Position numbers and translations under genes: made by a program. A DNA stretch of 64,000 nucleotides from an uncultured Planctomycetaceae bacterium (lineage in GTDB: Bacteria; Planctomycetota; Planctomycetia; Planctomycetales; Planctomycetaceae): the NCBI GenBank assembly GCA_963813715.1, contig CAWFAK010000016.1, positions 192,001-256,000 on the forward strand. The letters run 5' to 3'. The notes below the pieces were generated by a model, which was given only the letters and a program-made list of their open reading frames with translations, searched no databases and was not told where the DNA came from. Below, in pieces: positions 56,323 to 64,000 of this stretch (its first letter is position 1; each line of letters starts with the position of its first letter).

Positions 56323-57719
56323 ATGATCCAGCAAGCCAGTTTGCTGCCGGTCGCATTGTTTCGGGGCGCATTGTTTCAGCGCGCCTTGTTGCCCGTCGCG
56401 CTGCTATCGGTCGCGTTGCTGCCGGTGCTGTTCACGGGATGCCAAGATGCCTCTATCCCGGTGCCGGTCCTGGCGGCCGAGATCGGGGCGGCCAACACCA
56501 GCTCGACGGGTGACGACTGGCCCCGCTGGCGGGGACCCCACGGCGACGGCACCTGGAACGGCCCCAAGCTCTCCGAAAAGTGGCCGGCCGAACTCCCGCT
56601 GCGCTGGCACAAGCCGATCGGCGGCGGATATGCCGGCGTGATCGTGACCGGTAACCACGTGCTGGTGCCCGACCGCCAGACCCTCCCCTTCGAGAACGAA
56701 CGCATCGTCTGCTATGACGCGCGGACCGGCGACGTCCGCTGGACGCACTCCGACAAGCTCACCTACGGTCACCTCGACTACGGGAACGGGCCCCGCGCGG
56801 CAGTGACCGTGTTCGACGGGCTGGTTTATACGCTCGGCGCCACCGGCGTGATGAATTGTCTCGACCTGACGAGCGGCGCCGTTCGCTGGTCGGCCAACCT
56901 GGTGAGCGACTTTGAAGGGCGGATGCCGACGTGGGGCTATGCCGCGTCACCCGTCATCTTTCGGGACACAGTGATCGTTCATCCCGGCTCGGCCAAGGGT
57001 GCGAGCGTTGTGGCCCTCAATCGCCGCACGGGAAAAAAGGTCTGGGCCAGCCTGTCGGATGAGGCCACGTACGCCACACCAATCCTGATCGAGCACGGCG
57101 GCCGCGTGCAGCTGGTCTGCTGGACGCCGTCGCATATTCGCGGGCTCGATGCGGCGACCGGAGAGCCGCTGTGGGAGATTCCCTACGAAGTCACTTACGG
57201 CGTCTCGATCGCCACGCCGGTTTATCACGCGGGCATTCTTTTTGTCAGCGGCTATTGGGCGGGTGCCAAGGCGCTGCGTCTCGATGACGCCGGACGCAGA
57301 GCGACGCTGGCCTGGGAAGACGAGCGGACGCTCCGCGGACTCATGTCACAGCCGCTCTGCCGCGACGGTTATGGTTACCTGCTCGATAAGAACTTCGGTC
57401 TGACCTGCTTCGAGCTGGCGACAGGCAACAAGCTATGGACCGACGACCACCGCGTGACGCCGCGCGATTCCAATCCGCAGGCGACGCTGGTCTGGATCGG
57501 CGACGGCGATCGCGCGCTCTGCTGAACGCGGCCGGCGAGCTGATCCTGGCGCGGCTCAATCCCAAAGGCTACACCGAGATCGCCCGCAGCAAGGTGATCG
57601 GCGACACGTGGGCCCACCCGGCCTACGCCGGCCGTTTCGTCTTTGCCCGGGACGATCACGAGCTGGTCTGCCGCGAACTGCCGGTCTTGGGGCCGTCGCC
57701 GGCACGCGACCAGAAGTAG
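56323..57719 (+). CDS. PQQ-like beta-propeller lipoprotein (indel near 57520)
   Basis: FTGC lipobox, DWPRWRGP, repeated TG..RW blades; C-terminal WAHPAYA in ORF 57435..57719. Confidence 0.85.
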
Positions 57720-57768
57720 TCGCGGTCTACGCCGAAGGCGAACGCTGAAAGCGAATGCTGAAGACCCT

Positions 57769-57791
57769 CGGGGGGCTCACGCCCCCCGCTC
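57769..57791. repeat. REP-like palindrome CGGGGGGCTCACGCCCCCCGCTC
   Basis: Hairpin; related to 4123-4144 and 13657-13677. Confidence 0.6.
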
Positions 57792-57958
57792 TCAGGTGAA
57801 CCGAGCACGGCGCCGCGGCTGCTTTCCAACGCCAACGGGGCTGGCTATATTGCAAAATGTCACCCAGTGAAAAAGTCACCAAGCAGGGCAGAATATCGCA
57901 CATCTGTCGCTGACAGGCCGTTCCCTCCCGCCCCGTTTTCCACCGGAGTTTCACACCG

Positions 57959-58657
57959 ATGTCCAAGCTCTCACTTGCCGTCCGGTTCGCCGCGGCCGCC
58001 TCTCTGTTGCTCCTGTCGTCCGGCTCCCTCTTCGCGCGCGGCGGCCTGTCGAACCAGCAGTCCAAGCTACCTGAAGAAATGCACTGCAATTACCCTCCGA
58101 AGTCGGCGGCCGACAAGGACGGCTGGATTTCGCTCTTCAACGGCAAGGATCTGACGGGCTGGAAGCTCAGCGACAACAGCAAGATTCACGTCGAGGACGG
58201 CAAGATTATCTGCGAAGGCAACGCATCGCACGCCTTCACCGATTGGCAGTTCAAAAACTTCATCTTCGAGGCCGACGTGCAGACCCATCCGCACGCCAAC
58301 TCGGGCATCTACTTCCACACGCACTACCAGGCGAAGGGGTTTCCGAACACGGGCTACGAATCGCAGGTGAACGTGTCGCACCGCGACCCGGTGAAGACCG
58401 GCAGCCTCTATGAAGTCGTGAAACTTTACAAGACGCCGGCCAAGGACAACGAATGGTATAAGCAGACGATCATCGTCGAGGGCAAGCACGTCATCGTGAA
58501 GGTGAACGACGAGGTCGTCGTCGATTACACGGAGAAGCCCGAAGACGCCGCCAAGCGCCGGCAAAAGCTGAGCTGTGGCAGTTTCGCCCTGCAGGCCCAC
58601 GATCCGCGCAGCGTCACCTGGTACAAGAACATCCGCGTGAAGCCGCTGGCCGACTAG
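57959..58657 (+). CDS. DUF1080 exported protein
   Basis: LFNGKDLTGW, ANSGIYFH, FALQAHD..WYKNIRVK. Confidence 0.88.
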   Translation: MSKLSLAVRFAAAASLLLLSSGSLFARGGLSNQQSKLPEEMHCNYPPKSAADKDGWISLFNGKDLTGWKLSDNSKIHVEDGKIICEGNASHAFTDWQFKNFIFEADVQTHPHANSGIYFHTHYQAKGFPNTGYESQVNVSHRDPVKTGSLYEVVKLYKTPAKDNEWYKQTIIVEGKHVIVKVNDEVVVDYTEKPEDAAKRRQKLSCGSFALQAHDPRSVTWYKNIRVKPLAD

Positions 58658-58680
58658 AGCGAACGCAAATCCGGCAAATC

Positions 58681-58720
58681 CGAAGCACGAATGACCCTGG
58701 TCGTTCGTGCTTCGTGTTTT
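58681..58720 (+). terminator. intrinsic terminator between convergent genes
   Basis: CGAAGCACGAATGAC-CCTG-GTCGTTCGTGCTTCG followed by TGTTTT. Confidence 0.75.
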
Positions 58721-61700
58721 ATACGGCCAGGGGTTGCTCGCGAGCCGCCCCTGATTCCCGGCGGCGAAACATCCGCGTGTTAAAGACCAGGTAGAGCACG
58801 CGCAGTACGAGCAGCGACATCACCATCGCTCCGATCACGCCGCCGATGACCACCGTCGCCAGCGGCCGCTGGACTTCCGCCCCCACCCCATCGCTCAGCG
58901 CCATCGGCAGGAAGCCGAGGCTGGCGACCAGCGTCGTCATCAGCACGGGGCGAAGACGCGTGATGGCGGCCTGCGTCACCGCCTCATCGAGGGACAGGCC
59001 GGTCTTCCGCAGCTGCCTTACGCATGACACCAGAATCATGTCGTCGAGCACGGCCACGCCAGACATCGCAATGAAGCCGACGGCTGCCGAAATCGAAAAC
59101 GGCATGTCGCGGAGCCACAGTGCGAAGATGCCACCCACCCAGGCGAACGGAATGCCGGTGAACACGCGGAGCGCGTCGAGCAGGTTGCCGTAGGTCAAAT
59201 AGAGAAGCCCGAAGATCGAGATCAGCACCACCGGCACGACAATCGCCAACCGGAGCTGCGCTCGCTCCAGGTTCTCGAATTGTCCGCCGAATTCGAGGCG
59301 ATAGCGTCCGGCGGGAAGCGAGACCTTTTCCGCCAGCTCGCGCCGTGCTTGGGCGACGAAGCTGCCCAGGTCGCGGCCGCGGACGTTGGCGGTCACCGTC
59401 AAGCGGCGTTGTCCCCATTCCCGCGTGATCGTCGACGGCCCGCTGACCGTCTCGACCTTCGCCAGCCGCGAGAGGGGAATGCGTTCGCCGCTGGGCGTGG
59501 AAATCAGCAGCGACCCGATCGCTTCCGGGCTTTCACGGTAAGCGTCGACGAGCCGCGCGGCCAGAGGAAAGCGGAGTTGCCCCTCCACCACCTCACCCAG
59601 CGGCTTGGCCCCCACGGATTCGATCACGTCGAGCACGGCCTTGGCCGAGATCCCGTACCGCGCCACCTGGTCCTGATCGATCCGGATCTGCAGCATCGGC
59701 TGACCGGTGAGCGGTTCGGCCGCTACGTCGGCCGCGCCGGGTATGCTTCGCAGCACGGCCTCGATCTCGGCCGCTTTCTTGACGAGAACGTCGAAGTCGT
59801 CGCCGAAGAGCTTCACGCCCAGGTCGGCGCGGACGCCGGAAACCATTTCGTTCATCCGCATCTCGATCGGCTGCGAATAAGCCAGCCGCTGGCCGGGCAT
59901 GTCGCGGAGCGTTTTGTCGAGCATCTCCGTGAACTCGGCCTGCGTGCGGGCCTTTTTCCACACGGTCCGCGGCTTGAGGGTGATGAAGATGTCGGTCAGC
60001 TCGACCCCCATCGGGTCGGTGGCGATCTCGGCCGTGCCGACTCGACTCCAGACGTGTTCCACTTCGTCGGGGAACTCGGCCAGGATCGCTCGTTCGATCT
60101 GCGTGTTGTAGCGGATCGACTCGTCGAGATCGGTGCCGGCGAGACGCACGACGCCGATGGCGATCGCCCCTTCCGACAGCCGGGGCACGAACTCGGATCC
60201 CAGATTCGGCGCGATCATGCCGAAGGCCACGATCAGCACGCAGGCGGCCAGGCCGATCACCGCCGGCTTGTGCGTCATGGCGAACCGCAGCACCGGGTAG
60301 TGGATCGCATGGGCCACCCGCATCAGCCACGGCTCGCGCTCGGCGGGCCGCTTGGGAAGCAGAAAGCTCGCCAGCACCGGCATCAGCGTCAGCGAGAGGA
60401 CCATCGAGCCGGCCAGGGCGAAGATCACGGTCAGTGCCATCGGCCGAAACAGCTTTCCCTCGATCCCCTCCAGCGTGAGGATCGGCAGGTAGACGATCAT
60501 GATGATCAATTCGCCGAACATCGTCGGCCGGCGAACTTCGACGGCCGCGTCGCGAATGATCTCGAGCCGGCTTTTTCCGGCGGCGTCCGGCGCGGCCAGG
60601 TGGCGCACGCAGTTCTCGACCATCACCACCGAGCTGTCGACGACCAGTGCCGAAGTCGATCGCCCCCAGGCTCAGCAGGCTGGCGGCGATCCCGAACCGC
60701 AGCATGCCGCTGAAGGCGAACAGCATCGACAGCGGGATGGCCAGGGCCACGATCAGCGCGGCCCGCAGGTTGCCCAGGAAGGCGAACAGCACGGCGACGA
60801 CCAGCAGTCCGCCCTCGAACAGGTTCTTGCGCACCGTCTCGATGACGAAATCGACCAGCTCGGTGCGATCGTAAACGGGGACTACCTTCACGTTGGCCGG
60901 GAGGTGCGTCTCGATCGATTTCAAGCGGTCCTTGAGCGCCCAGGTGACGGTGTGGCTGTTCTCGCCCATGAGCATGAAGCCCAGTCCGAGCACCGCCTCG
61001 CCCGCGTCCGTCGGCGGTCACCGCGCCGCGGCGAATTTCGTGACCGATCGGCCACGTCGGCCACGTCTCCCACGCGGATTGGCACGCCCGCCTTCGCTTT
61101 GACCACGATCTGCCGCAGCGAGTCGACACCGGTGGTGCGGCCCAAGCCTTGGACGAGCAGCAAGCCCCCTTCCCGGTTGATGCTGCCGCCGCCGACGTTG
61201 GCATTGTTCTTCTGGACCGCGTCGATGACCTCGTCGAGGGTCAGGTCGTGCTTGATCAGCCGCTCGGGATCGATGCGGATCTGGTACTGCTTCTCGATAG
61301 CCGCCCCAGCTGTTGATCTCAGCCACGCCCGGCACCGTCCGCAGCGCGGGCCGGATGACCCAGTCGTGCACGGTGCGGAGCTCGCTGGGGCTGCCGCCGG
61401 CGCCGGTCACGACGTAATGAAAGACTTCGCCCAGCCCGGTGGCAACGGGCCCCATCTTCGGCCGGGCGACCGCGGCCGGCAGGTCGACCGATCCCAAGCG
61501 CTCGTTGATCAGCTGGCGGGCGAAATAGATGTCGGTGCCGTCGTCGAACGTGGCCACGACCTGCGAGAAACCGAACTTCGACACGGAGCGGAGCTGTTCC
61601 AGCCCCGGGAAGGCCGCCCAGTCCCTGCTCGATCGGGAAAGTGATTTGCCGCTCGACCTCTTCGGGACCGAGGGCCGGCGCGATCGTGTTGATCTGCACC

Positions 61701-61840
61701 TGCACGGGCGTCGTGTCGGGGAAGGCGTCGACGTCGAGCCGTGTCAGCGAGACGACGCCGGCCGCCGCGGCCGCCGCCACCGCCAGCAGCACCAGCACGC
61801 GGTGCCGCAGTGAGAAATCGATAACGCGGCTCAAGAACAT
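58719..61840 (-). CDS. czcA: CusA/CzcA heavy-metal RND efflux permease (about 5 indels in the 5' third)
   Basis: DAFPD, EEVERQITFPIE, YDRTELV, GAIDFG, RLRPVLMT and EVQRPLATVVIGG, spread over consecutive frames. Confidence 0.85.
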
Positions 61841-62014
61841 GTCGAGTCCAGTCGGGTCAGGCGACTACTCGCGTTCACTCCCCCAATCGTAGTTGAGCGC
61901 CGAAAATGTGCCTAGCCCCTGTTTTCACGCGGTGACGTTGGCCGATCGCTCATCCCGGGAAGAAACGGCCGGCATCGATTACCATGAGCACGACCCCCCC
62001 GAGAGGATGAATCC

Positions 62015-63211
62015 ATGTCGAGGCAATCGCAGGTCCTCACTGATCTGACGGAAGAAATCTGGTTCGACGCTTTCGAGTTGCGCGGATCGGCCGAGCTCAA
62101 ACTGCCCGGCGCTCGCGAATGGGCGATTCGCAAGCGGACACTGCGAGGCGGCCCGTCGGACCACGTGGACGTTGTCGATTTGGATAACGGACTACTCTCC
62201 GTCTCCATCGTGCCGACGCGTGGCATGGGTTTGTGGCGCGGCCGCTTCGCGAACCTGGAGATCGGCTGGAACTCACCGGTAAAGCGGCCGGTGAATCCGT
62301 CGTTCATCGACCTGCACGACCGTAACGGATTGGGGTGGCTGGCCGGATTTAACGAGCTCATGTGCCGTTGCGGACTGTCGTCAAACGGGCCGCCGGGCGT
62401 CGACGTGGTCGAGGCGGCGGGCAAACGCAACGAAACGCCCCTCACCTTGCACGGCAAGATTGCCAATACGCCCGCGCATCGGGTCGAGCTCGCGGCCGAT
62501 TCGGCAGGCAACGGAATGCTCAGTGTCCGCGGCGAAGTGGACGAAGCGTCGATGTTCGGCACCGGACTTCGCCTCGTGACGACTTATGAGACCGCCCCCG
62601 GATCGAATCGCCTGACCATCCGCGACGAGGTTCGTAACCTGTCCGGACGGCCGCTCGAGATGCAGTTGCTGTATCACACGAATTTCGGACCCCCATTCCT
62701 CGATGCCGGGGCCAAATTGGTGCTACCCGTCCGCCAGGCGGCCCCTCGCGATCCCCGCGCGGCCGAAGACTCCAAGACCTGGCAAACCTATCGCGGTCCG
62801 ACGGCCGGCTACACCGAGCAGTGTTATTACGCCGAGCTGATCGGTGACGATCACGAGCAGACGACCGTCCTCTTGCGAAACGGGGCGGGCGACCGCGGCA
62901 TCAGCGTCGAGTATGGCATTCGCTCGCTGCCGTGCTTCACCGTCTGGAAGTGCACGCAGTCCGAGGCCGACGGCTACGTGACCGGCCTGGAGCCAGCCAC
63001 CAATTATCCCAACCTCAAGACCTTCGAGCGCAAGCACGGCCGCGTGATCACGCTTGCTCCCGGACAGACCTACGCCACGCAACTCGCGTTGTCGGTCCAC
63101 CCGACGGCGGCCGACGTTGCCGCGGTCGAGAAGCGAATCACCGACCTCCAGAACCGGGCCCACGCCATCGTGCACGATCAGCCGTTGGCCACGTTTTCGC
63201 CGACGACCTGA
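62015..63211 (+). CDS. aldose 1-epimerase-family (DUF4432-like) protein
   Basis: PTRGMG, LHGKIAN, LYHTNFG, GYVTGLEPAT. Confidence 0.85.
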   Translation: MSRQSQVLTDLTEEIWFDAFELRGSAELKLPGAREWAIRKRTLRGGPSDHVDVVDLDNGLLSVSIVPTRGMGLWRGRFANLEIGWNSPVKRPVNPSFIDLHDRNGLGWLAGFNELMCRCGLSSNGPPGVDVVEAAGKRNETPLTLHGKIANTPAHRVELAADSAGNGMLSVRGEVDEASMFGTGLRLVTTYETAPGSNRLTIRDEVRNLSGRPLEMQLLYHTNFGPPFLDAGAKLVLPVRQAAPRDPRAAEDSKTWQTYRGPTAGYTEQCYYAELIGDDHEQTTVLLRNGAGDRGISVEYGIRSLPCFTVWKCTQSEADGYVTGLEPATNYPNLKTFERKHGRVITLAPGQTYATQLALSVHPTAADVAAVEKRITDLQNRAHAIVHDQPLATFSPTT

Positions 63212-63251
63212 TCGCCGTGACGGATCAGGTGAGGGCGGGGCGCGGAATCGC

Positions 63252-63296
63252 TTGACATCGGAGACAACTTGTCTACACTAGATAGACACGGTGTCT
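63252..63296 (+). promoter_or_regulatory. promoter with two AGACA-N3-TGTCT operators
   Basis: TTGACA (63252) -N16- TACACT (63274); palindromes at 63262-63274 and 63284-63296. Confidence 0.8.
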
Positions 63297-63352
63297 GCTT
63301 GCGGTGAGGATTTGCTCTCGCCAAGCGACGCGAACCAAAGGCTGCTCGGACG

Positions 63353-63739
63353 ATGGCGAAATCTGCTCCCCATGTGACGGATGCCGAGTTCGCGGTGCTC
63401 GCCGCTCTGTGGGACGATGCGGATCGCAGCGCCCGCGAGCTGACGGAGCGGCTGTATCCCACGTGCACGCCGGCCGAAGTGGCGACGGTGCAGAAACTCG
63501 TGCAGAGACTCGAAAAGAAGGGCCTTGTCCGCCGCGATCGCTCAGAGCGCGTGCACCGTTTTTCAGCGGTTCTTCCCCGGACGCAGTTCGCCGGTCAGCA
63601 ACTTTCCCAGTTGGCTGAAAAGCTCTCGGGCGGATCGTTGACGCCCCTGCTCGTGCATCTCGTCGAGAACAATCGGCTCAGCCGCCGCGAGCTGGATGAG
63701 CTGCGTGCGTTGCTTGCCTCTCGCAAAAAGCCAAATTGA
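63353..63739 (+). CDS. blaI: BlaI/MecI/CopY-family repressor
   Basis: TDAEFAVL.ALW, TVQKLVQRLEKKGLV, GSLTPLL.HLV...LS..ELDELR. Confidence 0.9.
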   Translation: MAKSAPHVTDAEFAVLAALWDDADRSARELTERLYPTCTPAEVATVQKLVQRLEKKGLVRRDRSERVHRFSAVLPRTQFAGQQLSQLAEKLSGGSLTPLLVHLVENNRLSRRELDELRALLASRKKPN

Positions 63740-63756
63740 CCGAACGCGAGGTCGAC

Positions 63757-64000
63757 ATGGGAGCGCTCATTCAGTTCGGGCTCGCAAACGCGGGAGCGGC
63801 GGCGTTGCTGGCGATGTGTGTCGCACTCATCACGCGAGTCTGGCGGAATCCGCACCTTGCCCACGCGCTGTGGCTGATCGTGCTCCTGAGACTGGTCGCC
63901 CCGCCGCTGTTCCGGATCCCGGTTTCCTCTCCCGATTGGCTCGCACAGCGAACGCCGGCGGTTCAACCACAAACCGCGAATGAGGGCGAGCTTTCCGTTC
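63757..64000 (+). CDS. BlaR1/M56-family peptidase antirepressor (N-terminal part)
   Basis: MGALIQ...RNPHLAHALWLIVLLRLVAPP directly after blaI; runs off the window. Confidence 0.85.
   Translation, partial: MGALIQFGLANAGAAALLAMCVALITRVWRNPHLAHALWLIVLLRLVAPPLFRIPVSSPDWLAQRTPAVQPQTANEGELSV

Noticed and set aside
61841..62014. Metal-sensing riboswitch upstream of czcA
   Set aside because: Only a weak hairpin; no recognisable NiCo or yybP consensus.

Overview
64 kb of a GC-rich Planctomycetota chromosome, judged from the DUF1559 pilin-like protein, TIGR02999-type ECF sigma factor with Ser/Thr kinases, DUF1080 and PQQ-like proteins, and REP-like palindromes. Most of it is core or ordinary: gyrA, rfbB, ugd, prfB, pstSCAB-phoU, map, two SpoU methyltransferases, folK, HU/IHF, pyrD, aroF, rpsD, tatD, PiT, ZIP, czcA and blaI-blaR. 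About a dozen genes are broken by single-base indels, which looks like long-read assembly error; only the prfB shift matches a programmed frameshift. Two things stand out. (1) A complete ribosome-dependent attenuator upstream of the DAHP synthase gene: a sigma70-like promoter, a 22-aa leader containing F-H-F-Y-W-F, mutually exclusive helices and an intrinsic terminator, apparently sensing all three aromatic amino acids. (2) A compact type VII secretion-like operon in a diderm: three helical proteins (two WXG100-like with W-x-D) plus an EssC/EccC-like membrane FtsK ATPase that runs off the window edge. Also notable are a tandem BlaI operator, a very Cys-rich DUF1559 protein, an Flp pilin missed by the ORF track, a hairpin-rich leader before a small lipoprotein gene, and a 1-kb cluster of repeat elements. 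No tRNA, rRNA or CRISPR array was found. All family assignments come from motif recognition by eye, not database searches.
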